Virus record (IMG/VR): IMGVR_UViG_3300023252_000006 | Coordinates: 1 to 42,282 of that record | Strand: one strand, 5' to 3' | DNA from: a virus | Taxonomy: Duplodnaviria; Caudoviricetes | Length of the DNA stretch: 42,282 nt | Shown here: positions 17,823 to 26,573 of the stretch, piece by piece | How the letters are laid out: the number at the start of each line of letters is the position of its first letter | Numbering within the stretch: the stretch's first letter is position 1 | Program-made: the position numbers and the translations under genes | Notes under the pieces: model-generated | What the model was told of the DNA's origin: nothing | Databases searched by the model: none | Seen by the model: only the letters and a program-made list of their open reading frames with translations

Positions 17823-19025
17823 TTACGGCGCGACCGTGAACTGGCCCTTGACCAGCGCTTCCTTGCGGCGAACACCCAAGCCCAGGCGCTCCTCGACCAG
17901 CAGCGCGATTTCGTTACGGATGAACTGATCATTGATCAGGCCCATCTTGAACTGGTAAGCCATGCGGTCGAACAGAGTGGTGGAGCGTGCGAAGTTCGCT
18001 ACCAGGAATTCGCCGCCGGTGTCTGCATCGCCCTCGTCCATGCTGTCGGAGGTGATCACTGGGCGACCCCACAGAATTGGAGTCACCAAGCCCTGCAGGT
18101 TGGCGAACAGGTAGCGGTTTTCGCCATCCTTCTGCAGCTCGATGTTCATCCAGTCGAGCTCGGTCATGACAATACCGTCAGCCGACATTTTCGACTGTTT
18201 ACGGACTTGGTAAATGGCACGGCGGATCAGGTCGATCGCCGTGTCACCGGTCTTGCTCAGGTTGGTATTGTAGGTAGTGGCCTGAGTCATCAGGCCATTC
18301 AGGTTCTCGCCAGTGCCATCACCCTTGAGGATCTGAGATTCCTCTTCGAGTTTCAGGTCGTAACGCAGGAGCTGCTGCAGATAAGCGAACATCTGAGGCA
18401 CGTCGGACAGCACTTCGTCGGTCGCCGGCATCCAGACCGCGATCTTCTTCACACGATCAGTTTCGGTGGTGAACGTCACGTTGCTGGTGGGTTTCAGACC
18501 ACCTTCAGCGACCGGAGCCGCGCCACGGGTATGCACGTTCTCGCGGAAGTAGGTGTAGTTTTGGCCGGACACTGGAATGGTGGTCAGCAGGTCGCGGATG
18601 CGCAGCTCTTGCCGGATGCCAGGCTGAATAACCGGATCGTAGATCGGAGCCACGATACCAGCGCTGGTGACCTTCATTTCCTTCATGCTGGCAAGGTCAG
18701 ACTTCGTAACCTCGATTTCTGCGGTGTTGATGCTCTTCTGCTGCAGGCCTTTGTAGTTGTCATGGCCCTTGACCATGTCGATGAAACTTTTGCCTTCGCC
18801 AGGCTGGCCGCGCAGTTTCACGCCTTTCTGTTCCAGATCCTGCACCTGGTCAATGACCTTTTGCAGTTCACCCTTTTGGTCTTCGATCTGTTTCTTCAGA
18901 TCGCCGGTGACTTGGTTTCCTTTCTGAACCTCGGTCATGGCCGAGTCATATTTTTCTTGCAGGCCTTGGAAGCCGTTTTTGAGTTGCAGCTCCAAGGAGT
19001 CCTTCAGTTCTTTCACTTCGCTCAT
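17823..19025 (-). CDS. Major capsid protein, HK97 family
   Basis: Coiled-coil delta domain, LRIRDLL, VAEGGLKP, ILKGDGTG, LWGRPV, EERL. Confidence 0.95.
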   Translation of the reverse strand: MSEVKELKDSLELQLKNGFQGLQEKYDSAMTEVQKGNQVTGDLKKQIEDQKGELQKVIDQVQDLEQKGVKLRGQPGEGKSFIDMVKGHDNYKGLQQKSINTAEIEVTKSDLASMKEMKVTSAGIVAPIYDPVIQPGIRQELRIRDLLTTIPVSGQNYTYFRENVHTRGAAPVAEGGLKPTSNVTFTTETDRVKKIAVWMPATDEVLSDVPQMFAYLQQLLRYDLKLEEESQILKGDGTGENLNGLMTQATTYNTNLSKTGDTAIDLIRRAIYQVRKQSKMSADGIVMTELDWMNIELQKDGENRYLFANLQGLVTPILWGRPVITSDSMDEGDADTGGEFLVANFARSTTLFDRMAYQFKMGLINDQFIRNEIALLVEERLGLGVRRKEALVKGQFTVAP

Positions 19026-19663
19026 GGCCTTGCTCCGAATGTAGTAGCGAATAGGGTGGAAATTTCTTTCAGCTCTTCCACGATCGCCGTGGCCTCGCTG
19101 CCGCCGTCACGGCGGAGCGCGGGATAGCCGAGCGAAGCGACGGCTGCCGCTTCCTTCTGCGAGAGGCCCATGCGATCACGCAGGGCATTCTCGAAAAGCC
19201 TGATATCTGATTTGACGCTGAGGACTTGTGCCTCTGGATTCATGCCGAACGGCACAAATGAGGCTTCCCACAATTCAGCCTCTTTGATAATTCGAACAGT
19301 TCGACCTGCCCGCTCCTCGAAATCGGCCTTGAGGGTGTTGAAGCCGATCGACATGCTGTCGAGAATCCCGGCCCTCATCAGCTCATAGGCATCTTTCGCG
19401 TAACTCACCGCTTGGTTGACCTTCCCTTTCACCAGAAGGCCGTGGTCGTCCTGGGCAAAATCCGCCAGGCCAACCAGCCGAGTCAGGTCGTGGTACAGCG
19501 CCAATTTCAACTTGCCACTTCGAGTGGTCTTCACCCGCGTGAAAGCGCCCGGAAGGATGACGTCGTCACCCAAATCAACGTTGTTGAATACGGCGGCGTA
19601 GCCTTCGAAGTTGCCAGCGTCATCGACCGCTTTCAGTTCAAAAGGGACTTCAATCTTTGACAT
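19022..19663 (-). CDS. HK97-type prohead protease
   Basis: FEGYAAVF..VDLGDDVILPGAF, YH, MSIGF, WEASFV. Confidence 0.93.
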   Translation of the reverse strand: MSKIEVPFELKAVDDAGNFEGYAAVFNNVDLGDDVILPGAFTRVKTTRSGKLKLALYHDLTRLVGLADFAQDDHGLLVKGKVNQAVSYAKDAYELMRAGILDSMSIGFNTLKADFEERAGRTVRIIKEAELWEASFVPFGMNPEAQVLSVKSDIRLFENALRDRMGLSQKEAAAVASLGYPALRRDGGSEATAIVEELKEISTLFATTFGARP

Positions 19664-20864
19664 TGGTCTGCATCTCCCACCGGGTGACCCGGTTGTATTC
19701 AGGGCCGGTCAGAGTCGGCAAATTCTCTTTTTCTCGAACTTCGTTGATGGTCATCCAACCTGAACCACCAGAACCTCCAAGCGCGCTTCCGTAGTAGGTA
19801 GCTCGACCCGCGCTGTCGGCACGCAGCAGGCCCTCCACGGTGAACTCGACGAAGCGAGAAGCCTTCCGATACACCTTGTCGTTGAACTCGTCCTCGACAG
19901 CGTCGATATAAGGTTTCAGTCCGAAGGTGATGAAGCCTGTGAGCTGCTGCTCCAGGTTCGATCCCATGATGGAAGTTTTGCCGGCACGGTTGGCCAGCCA
20001 GAGCGGCACACCGTAGATACCGGCAAGCGCTTCCTCTTGAAACTGTTGGGATTCGATGAACTGCGCGTCGCGCTGGCTTAGGCCTGCGGGAACAATTTTC
20101 GGATTGCCCTGCAGGATGGCCATTTTCCCGATGTCGTCGGCGTCAGCTTTCCGAACGTCAGGAAACTTCGCCATGATCTGAGCTTCCTGCTGCTTGGTCA
20201 GGAAGTTATCGTAGATCACGTATCCGCCGGTGAATCCGCCCTTTCGCATGAACCGCGACGACCACTGCTGACCAGCCTTTGCCAGCCCCATCGTTTCAGC
20301 CTGGTACTCGATGGGCGACAGGCCGACGATGCCGTCAAGGCTGAACAACTTGAAATGCAGCATGTTTTCCGGCGATACCGGATAGGGATTCCCCTCGCTC
20401 GGCGTTACCAAATAGAAGAGATCGTCCTCGGTGTCGATCGCGACTGTGTCGAACCGAAGGGGGACAAACCCGATTGGATCACCATTACGATTGCGCTCAA
20501 TCAGGGCAAATGCGTTACCCCGCAGTGCCATGTTCACCACAACGAACTTCAGGAAGTTGAGGCGCGTCATGTAGGGGTTAGGTTTACGCAAAAGCTTCTG
20601 TGCAGGATCATTCCCCAGCACCTGTTTTCGGCCAGATTCGGCGTCGTCAAACAGCTTGAGCGGAAGCCCGCTCAGTGACTCCGAGAGGATCTTTACGCAG
20701 GACCACACCATGCTGATTGAAAGCGCTGTTCTGGTGTTCACCCGCACACCTGATTTGGTGCGTTTCCCGCCGATTTCCATATCCACTTCGACGTAATCGC
20801 CCGTGGTCGGATCGGTGTAGCCAAAGAATCCCCAGGTACGGGGGTTGTACCAACGAAATGCCAT
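19650..20864 (-). CDS. Portal protein, HK97 family
   Basis: VWSCVKILSESLSGLPL, PNPYMT, RGNAF, GLSPI, MTINEVR. Confidence 0.95.
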   Translation of the reverse strand: MAFRWYNPRTWGFFGYTDPTTGDYVEVDMEIGGKRTKSGVRVNTRTALSISMVWSCVKILSESLSGLPLKLFDDAESGRKQVLGNDPAQKLLRKPNPYMTRLNFLKFVVVNMALRGNAFALIERNRNGDPIGFVPLRFDTVAIDTEDDLFYLVTPSEGNPYPVSPENMLHFKLFSLDGIVGLSPIEYQAETMGLAKAGQQWSSRFMRKGGFTGGYVIYDNFLTKQQEAQIMAKFPDVRKADADDIGKMAILQGNPKIVPAGLSQRDAQFIESQQFQEEALAGIYGVPLWLANRAGKTSIMGSNLEQQLTGFITFGLKPYIDAVEDEFNDKVYRKASRFVEFTVEGLLRADSAGRATYYGSALGGSGGSGWMTINEVREKENLPTLTGPEYNRVTRWEMQTNVKD

Positions 20865-20866
20865 GG

Positions 20867-22546
20867 TCAGCCTACTAGTCCGAAGAAGCCATTATTGAGG
20901 TAGTCGTCCATGCCGCCTTTTGCCTCTGGATTCAGAGAAAGCAGCGATACGGCGTTGAACGTGGCCATGAGTGGGTCGATTTTCGCGGTGCCCGAAGCCT
21001 GTTTTGTGATCAAAAAGGCATTGGCGGACGGAACGCCCTTGGCGTTGCCGCAAGCCCAGGCCATCAGAGGCTGCCCGCAATGCAGCAGTGCACCCTCGGC
21101 GAGTTTTCGCTCAGTGGTTTTGATAGCCCCGGTCAGCTTCCAGCCTTGCGAAATACCGATTACCTGGTCTTCTTTTATGCCCGCATCGGCCAGCGCATCG
21201 AGAACCGCGCCGATGCCAGCAGGGTCGAGCCCAACCTTGTCGAGCAACCCGGCCTCATTGATCCGAGCGACAGTCGCCGCAAGGTGGGCGACGTCATCGC
21301 CGATCTTTTGCACCAACGTCAGGTCGCCTACCGCCGCCAAGTCCATCAAGCGCGGCGCTTCGGTCTTCCGCCTGGTCAGCACAGAGGGGTGGGCATACGC
21401 ATGAGCCCAGTGCAGCCAGGTGCGCGACTCTCTAACTCGCCCCATGACCGCAAGCCCCAGCAAGTCATCGAGACCGCCACCGTCGACACCCACGACGATC
21501 ACTTCGCAGCGCTCGATGATTGAATCCAACGTCAGGCCCTTCTCTGCTTGCGGCTCCCAGAAGTCGGCACCGACCCAACTATCGGACATCAGCGCCAGGC
21601 CGATCTCGATGTTGAGGAACTTGGCCAGAAAGCCTCGTACCTCGGCCTCACCGTCGAGCTCTGCCTGCATAAACAGGCGCTCGAGGGTCGGCCTGTCCAC
21701 CGAGTACCCCATGTTGGGGTTCACCAGGTGGAAATTCTCAGGTCGGCGAGCCTCACCGCTTTCAATCATCTCCGGCGGAAACTCGTAGATCACCGGAAGG
21801 AAGCGCGGATCTTCGATTCGGCCCTCACGCACGCCGCGGGCGTAGCTGAGTTTCGACTTGAATATCCCGGCCGGCGGCTCGTTTGACTGAGTCGTCAGCC
21901 AGATGATGAAGCCTTCAGGCCGTGACAGCAGACCGCCCGTGGCCTCGCGAATCATGTCCGGCGCCTTGACGTTCTTGCCGAACAGCCAGGCCTCGTCAAT
22001 CAGAACGCCCACGGCCTTTTTGCCACCAACGACGTCGCTGTCTGCCGCCACGACCTTCAAAGTTGCCCCCGTCTCGCGGTGCGTGATCAGTTTCAGGTGA
22101 GGCTGAACGTGAAGCAGGTCGCTCAGCTCTTCGTCGTGCTTGACCATGGCCGCGCAGGGCTTGAATGCGTTGTCGGCAATCTCCTTGGTCGGTGCCAAGA
22201 TGATGAACTCGGCTTCCAGTCTCCAGTTGCGAATCAGCGCGGTCAGCATGATCGCTGCCGCAATCGTGGACTTGGAATTCTTCTTCGGGATGCAGAGGAA
22301 GTACTCGCTGATCAGGCGGTGGCCAGTTTCGCTGTTGTAGCTGCCGAAGATCGCGCCGGCGAAATCCAGTACCCAGGGTGCACATGCCGTTTCGATGGTC
22401 GGGCAGCCCGGGGCGTCCACGATCTTCAGTGAACGGAAAACCTCCAGTCCTTCCTCAGCTTCGGCGGGAAACAGTGGCGCCGGAATGATTGATTCGCCCA
22501 CAGAGAGACGCTGCCACCAGTCAGGGCAGGCAGTTGTCCAAAGCAT
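20867..22546 (-). CDS. terL: Terminase large subunit
   Basis: Walker A-like PKKNSKST, LIDEAW, GVDGGGLDDLLG, KIDPLMA. Confidence 0.95.
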   Translation of the reverse strand: MLWTTACPDWWQRLSVGESIIPAPLFPAEAEEGLEVFRSLKIVDAPGCPTIETACAPWVLDFAGAIFGSYNSETGHRLISEYFLCIPKKNSKSTIAAAIMLTALIRNWRLEAEFIILAPTKEIADNAFKPCAAMVKHDEELSDLLHVQPHLKLITHRETGATLKVVAADSDVVGGKKAVGVLIDEAWLFGKNVKAPDMIREATGGLLSRPEGFIIWLTTQSNEPPAGIFKSKLSYARGVREGRIEDPRFLPVIYEFPPEMIESGEARRPENFHLVNPNMGYSVDRPTLERLFMQAELDGEAEVRGFLAKFLNIEIGLALMSDSWVGADFWEPQAEKGLTLDSIIERCEVIVVGVDGGGLDDLLGLAVMGRVRESRTWLHWAHAYAHPSVLTRRKTEAPRLMDLAAVGDLTLVQKIGDDVAHLAATVARINEAGLLDKVGLDPAGIGAVLDALADAGIKEDQVIGISQGWKLTGAIKTTERKLAEGALLHCGQPLMAWACGNAKGVPSANAFLITKQASGTAKIDPLMATFNAVSLLSLNPEAKGGMDDYLNNGFFGLVG

Positions 22547-22549
22547 CGG

Positions 22550-23038
22550 CTATTTCCTTACGACAGTGAGCGGCGGCTTGCCGGCGGAGTATTTGCCCTT
22601 CCCGGCCTCCTTGGCGGCCTGCTCTTTCAGCTCCTTCTTGCCGGCGTCACCCTTCTTGCCATGTACATAAGGCACAGCGGTCTGGGCGGCGTTGCGTCGA
22701 TCAAAAACTTTTGCCTTGGGCTCGTTCATGAGAGCCAGCAGCCAAACCAGGGGATCCTCGGTTGTGGGAAGGCAATCAAGGTACTCGCCACCGGCCTCGT
22801 CCGTTTCGTCCGACTCAGCCGAAGGCTGCTCCCGGCGTTTGCGTGATTTCTCAGGGTTAACACTGAGCTCAGCTCGGCGAGCAAGGATTGCACTTGCAAT
22901 CTTGGGGTCATTGGCCCACCGCGAACCTGCGGCGGAGGCCGTCGAAGCCTTACATCCTGCGGCTTCTGCCGCTTCTTTGTTTGACGCACCCCGGGCTTTT
23001 GCGTCAACAAACTGTCGCTGCTTGTCTGTTAACACCAT
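22550..23038 (-). CDS. terS: Terminase small subunit
   Basis: N-terminal HTH (LTDKQRQF...AAEAAG), DPL.WL..LMN...R..AA....PYVH. Confidence 0.85.
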   Translation of the reverse strand: MVLTDKQRQFVDAKARGASNKEAAEAAGCKASTASAAGSRWANDPKIASAILARRAELSVNPEKSRKRREQPSAESDETDEAGGEYLDCLPTTEDPLVWLLALMNEPKAKVFDRRNAAQTAVPYVHGKKGDAGKKELKEQAAKEAGKGKYSAGKPPLTVVRK

Positions 23039-23044
23039 TAACAA

Positions 23045-23131
23045 AAAACCTTAGGGTCGGGAAAAAAAGTACGAATGGGATCGGGCGCGGTCTGGAAGCA
23101 AAAAGGGCCCTATATTTTGATCCCCCCCTCC
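23045..23131. other. Probable cos region
   Basis: Intergenic between HNH and terS as in HK97-like phages; GACCGCGCCCGATCC flanked by G-run and A/T tracts; exact cut site not determinable. Confidence 0.5.
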
Positions 23132-23467
23132 TCAGCCTCGACCTGACGCCTCCTCAGCCTGCTTGACCGAGTCATGGCAGGGCTTGCATAGGGTCTGCCA
23201 GTTGGATCGATCCCAGAACAGCGCCATGTCGCCACGGTGAGCATTGATGTGGTCGACAACAGTTCCTGCGGTCACTCGACCGTTGCGTTCGCAGTAAGCG
23301 CAGAGCGGATGATCGCGAAGCCAGATCTCGCGAGCCTTCTGCCACTTATAGCCGTAGCCACGCTGAGCAGACGTCTCTTTCGTGGCTCGCCATGAGTTCG
23401 TATTGATCGCAGTCAGACGGTCAGCCTGGGTCTGAACCCTGCTTCCTAACGTCTTCAGCCTTCCCAT
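23132..23467 (-). CDS. HNH endonuclease (packaging cofactor)
   Basis: RGYG.KWQKAR, PLCAYC, VVDHI.AHRGD, NWQTLC..CH. Confidence 0.92.
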   Translation of the reverse strand: MGRLKTLGSRVQTQADRLTAINTNSWRATKETSAQRGYGYKWQKAREIWLRDHPLCAYCERNGRVTAGTVVDHINAHRGDMALFWDRSNWQTLCKPCHDSVKQAEEASGRG

Positions 23468-23582
23468 CAGGTAGCGCTCCAGCATTCTGCTTCGGTGAGA
23501 TCAACGAGGCAGCACGCTCTCGGGCGATGCTGAACCATTTGGCTGCTCGCGCTCGGCGGGCAGCGCATCCAGAGCAGGCCAT
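23421..23582 (-). CDS. 53-aa CxxC basic protein coupled to holin (not in ORF track)
   Basis: ATG overlaps holin stop (TGATG); MACSGCAARRARAAKWFSIARERAAS...DPG*. Confidence 0.5.
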   Translation of the reverse strand: MACSGCAARRARAAKWFSIARERAASLISPKQNAGALPDGKAEDVRKQGSDPG

Positions 23583-23905
23583 CAGCCTTCAACCTTCCGA
23601 GCTGCCGCTCGATCGTAGTAACCGCGCACCTTCTCGACACCGAGAAAGCCAACGGCGCCGCCCGCGAACGTGGCCATGCTCTGCGGTAAGCCCATCCATT
23701 CAAGGAGTGGCACCAGCGACAGCGTGACCAGGCCACAAAGTGCGCCTTCCAGGTACATCTGACGGCGAGTACCGCCGCCGTACATCACCCGCAGAACAGC
23801 GATACCGACCGAAAGGCCAGCGGCATAGAGCTGCGGCTGATGCAGCAGCAGCCAGGCGAGCACAGCGGCCCACAGTCCGGGATCCTTCTCAGGCATGTTT
23901 GGCAT
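23582..23905 (-). CDS. Holin, lambda S family
   Basis: MPEKDP..W, three hydrophobic segments, GFLGVEKVR, basic tail; first gene after the Q-dependent promoter. Confidence 0.9.
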   Translation of the reverse strand: MPNMPEKDPGLWAAVLAWLLLHQPQLYAAGLSVGIAVLRVMYGGGTRRQMYLEGALCGLVTLSLVPLLEWMGLPQSMATFAGGAVGFLGVEKVRGYYDRAAARKVEG

Positions 23906-23987
23906 CTCGATTCCTCCCTTTGGGGGAGTGCGTTAGATCCGGCTCCAGCAGCACTCCCAGCTCGGAGCAACGGGCGTGGTGGAACCG

Positions 23988-24064
23988 AAAACGAAAAAGC
24001 CCCGGCGAATGCCGAGGCTCATTGAGTGGTAGAAAGCAAAAAGCCCATCTTGGAGACGGGCTTT
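23988..24064 (-). terminator. Two tandem intrinsic terminators in the late leader (tR'-like)
   Basis: AAAGCCCGTCT-CCA-AGATGGGCTTTTT and GAGCCTCGGC-ATTC-GCCGGGGCTTTTT. Confidence 0.8.
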
Positions 24065-24092
24065 GCACGCGGAAAAACCGCAAAGTAACTGA

Positions 24093-24121
24093 AATCTATA
24101 GTCAGTCCCCGGGCCTGTCAA
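24093..24121 (-). promoter_or_regulatory. Late promoter pR'-like
   Basis: TTGACA-N17-TAGATT overlapping the Q stop; -10-like TACTTT just downstream (possible pause element). Confidence 0.8.
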
Positions 24122-24477
24122 GCGGCCTGACGCCGAACATCGAGCGCACCATCAATCCACGCAACGCCGGCCTTCCAGAGCTGCCGGGTCTTCTCCTCAC
24201 CGAACTTCATCTTCTTGCCGACCTCCATCAGCGACGTGTCCCGGCTGGTGTAGTAGCGCATCAGCACCTGGCCGCATTCCGGGTAACGCTTCAGCAGGCG
24301 GCCCATCAGGCCATCAATCATCAGCGCGTCGTCATCAGTGATCATCGGCGACAGGATCGTGTTCTCGCGGGAGGCGCAGCAGGAGACGCCGGAGCCCAGC
24401 ACGACCCAGCGGCCCCAATGCTCCAGCAGATCCTCTGCGGTGCGTTCTTTAAATGTCGGTGTGAAGGCCATGCTCAA
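24118..24477 (-). CDS. Q: Late antiterminator Q family
   Basis: LLEHWGRWV, ITDDDAL.ID, C-terminal HTH with GVAWIDG; upstream of pR' and holin. Confidence 0.88.
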   Translation of the reverse strand: MSMAFTPTFKERTAEDLLEHWGRWVVLGSGVSCCASRENTILSPMITDDDALMIDGLMGRLLKRYPECGQVLMRYYTSRDTSLMEVGKKMKFGEEKTRQLWKAGVAWIDGALDVRRQAA

Positions 24478-24791
24478 TCCCCCTTGTAAGACGAGCCACC
24501 CGGCCCGCGAGTATTGGTCTGCTGATACAGCTCAGCGGTGGACTTCGGCGCACCAGGCGGAAGAATCGCAGGGCGGCCGCCCTGGCGGATCAGCATGCCG
24601 AGCTGAACGATCAGATCGTCCACTGGCAGCGGCTCCAGCGTTTCGGCGTGCACCAGGCCGGAAGCGTGGCAACCGATGCAGTCGAGCTGATGAAACACGC
24701 CTTGGATCACCCCTTTCCCGGCACAGGATGGGCAATCGGTGAGCGGGATCTGGCGGCGCACAAAGGCGGGGCCATGTGTTCTTTTATCCAT
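24474..24791 (-). CDS. Zn-finger hypothetical protein
   Basis: CPSCAGKG...CIGCHASG (DnaJ-like CxxCxGxG). Confidence 0.75.
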   Translation of the reverse strand: MDKRTHGPAFVRRQIPLTDCPSCAGKGVIQGVFHQLDCIGCHASGLVHAETLEPLPVDDLIVQLGMLIRQGGRPAILPPGAPKSTAELYQQTNTRGPGGSSYKGD

Positions 24792-24793
24792 TT

Positions 24794-26074
24794 TTAAACC
24801 TCGCCTATGGTTGTTTCTTGAGTGGCCTTGCAGGCCTTATGGTTTGTGGCTTGCAGCGGATTACCAGAATCTTCAAATCTAAAGCCGGTCAATCCGTGAA
24901 TCGCTGCAAAGCCTTTCTGATCTAGATGTGCGTGCCACTGCTCGAGAGCATCACGCTTGCGGCTCATCACGTCCGACTGGATGTACACCTTCACGTTGTG
25001 GCCCATCGCGTGGTTGATCAGCAGCTCACCGATCAGATGGTCAATGCCAAGGTCTGCCCAGCCGGTGCGGGCTACCTTGCGCAGGTCGTGACTGGTCCAT
25101 TCACCCTGCCCCAATCGACGGAACACCGCGCAGCCCTGAGCCTCACCCAGCGCCTTGCCGTTGCGTGCAGGGAACAGGCACTGGCCCTCATATCCTCGGG
25201 CGAACTGGCCTTCCCGGTACCGGGTCAGCAGCGTGCACACTTGCTCGGTCAGGGGCAGGTGATGCTCGACACCGGTTTTCGTGTTCTCGGCCGGGATGAA
25301 CCATTCGCGTTCGGCCAGGCTGATGTGCGACCAGCGCGCCATACGGGTTTCGCCGATCCGCGTGCCGTGGCAAAGCATCATCAGCGCGAGCATCGAGTCC
25401 AGCGGCGCAGTGGTCATGACATCGGCCAGTTGCCCTAGCAGGCCTTCCAACTGAACGCCGCGCAGACGGGAAGGCTTGATGCCGACCTTCGCCTTGGAAA
25501 AGTCGTTGAACCGGATCGCCGCCATCGGGTTGGACGTGATCATGCCCAGTTTGGCCGCCTGCCGGAACGCCAGGGCCAGTAGCTGAAACGCGGAACGCAC
25601 GTAGTCGATGGAAACCGTCTCCTGCAGCGGCCACATAAGCAAGGTGTCGAGTGAAGCCTTGTCGATGGCGATCAGTGGCAGCTCACCGAGCCGCGGCTTC
25701 AGGTGGCACTTGATGATCGAGGCGCCGGTGTTCTTGCGCTTGCTCGACAGGTTGCGATCCCGCGACATGCGATCGGCGAACCAGTCCAGCAGCTCACCGA
25801 CCGTGTCCCACTTCGACAGGGCAGCACCTTCGCCAGCGGCCAGACGCAGGCGAAGCGACGGCAACGCGGCGACGACCTGCTTGTGGGTCAGCTCGGGGAA
25901 GGTGCCGATCGGATTCCACTTACCCTTCAGCACCAGGTACCACGACCCACCGGTGCGGGCCTTGTTGAAGCGCAGGTACAGGCCTTTGTTTTCGAGATCT
26001 CGCACGTCCTGCACGGCGCCGGCCGCTTGGCGCTTGATCTCGGCTTCGGTGATCTTCACCGCCGCGGTGCTCAT
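24794..26074 (-). CDS. Second tyrosine recombinase (integrase family) in nin-like region
   Basis: Start 26074 (ATGA overlap); arm-binding-like N-domain (GLYLR...SW), GTRIGE, K, SHDLRK, INH, VY. Confidence 0.88.
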   Translation of the reverse strand: MSTAAVKITEAEIKRQAAGAVQDVRDLENKGLYLRFNKARTGGSWYLVLKGKWNPIGTFPELTHKQVVAALPSLRLRLAAGEGAALSKWDTVGELLDWFADRMSRDRNLSSKRKNTGASIIKCHLKPRLGELPLIAIDKASLDTLLMWPLQETVSIDYVRSAFQLLALAFRQAAKLGMITSNPMAAIRFNDFSKAKVGIKPSRLRGVQLEGLLGQLADVMTTAPLDSMLALMMLCHGTRIGETRMARWSHISLAEREWFIPAENTKTGVEHHLPLTEQVCTLLTRYREGQFARGYEGQCLFPARNGKALGEAQGCAVFRRLGQGEWTSHDLRKVARTGWADLGIDHLIGELLINHAMGHNVKVYIQSDVMSRKRDALEQWHAHLDQKGFAAIHGLTGFRFEDSGNPLQATNHKACKATQETTIGEV

Positions 26075-26373
26075 GCAGCCCCCTTCACGGTAAGAATTCC
26101 GGCCCGGATCATGCCTTCGTGTGTTTCGGCGATCGCGCGCGGCATGTCCTGCCAGTCGATGTCGCCCGCGGCGCGTCCGTCGATCACGTCGTGGCAAGCG
26201 CTGCAGGCGTACACCGCGACGGTGTCGAAGCCCTTCATGCCCATGCCTTTTTGCCCACACGGCAAGTGCGCGAGGACGGTTGTTTCAGGATTGAAGTTGC
26301 AGACCTCCGGCAGCCGGACGGTGCAGTCCTGGCCTTGCGCCGAGTTGCGCAGCTTCTTCGAGCTCACTCGCAT
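26071..26373 (-). CDS. DUF1364/YbcO-like nuclease-fold protein
   Basis: LRNSAQGQDCTVRLP.VC, TVLAH, GMGMK, ACSACHD.IDGR. Confidence 0.85.
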   Translation of the reverse strand: MRVSSKKLRNSAQGQDCTVRLPEVCNFNPETTVLAHLPCGQKGMGMKGFDTVAVYACSACHDVIDGRAAGDIDWQDMPRAIAETHEGMIRAGILTVKGAA

Positions 26374-26573
26374 ACGGGTTTCCCCGTGACGACGTCGACC
26401 ACCTCAAAGGTGCCCGGCCACATCCACGATCCGTAGCGTTTGGCCATGGCCTCGTCGGCGAACAACGCCAGTGCGTGATCAGGTGGCGAGCTCAGGTCGA
26501 CCTTGAACGAGCAGCAGAACACGGCCCAGCGGTAGGTCTCGATCTGAGGGACAGCCAAGCGGCGATCAGACAT
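26364..26573 (-). CDS. Hypothetical protein
   Basis: Overlaps both neighbouring genes in the operon. Confidence 0.7.
   Translation of the reverse strand: MSDRRLAVPQIETYRWAVFCCSFKVDLSSPPDHALALFADEAMAKRYGSWMWPGTFEVVDVVTGKPVCE

Noticed and set aside
17805-19127. 440-aa + strand ORF
   Set aside because: Antisense shadow of the capsid gene
23890-23930. Holin dual-start motif (Met-Pro-Asn-Met) with SD in a hairpin
   Set aside because: Extension lacks the positive charge of lambda S107; antiholin function is unsupported
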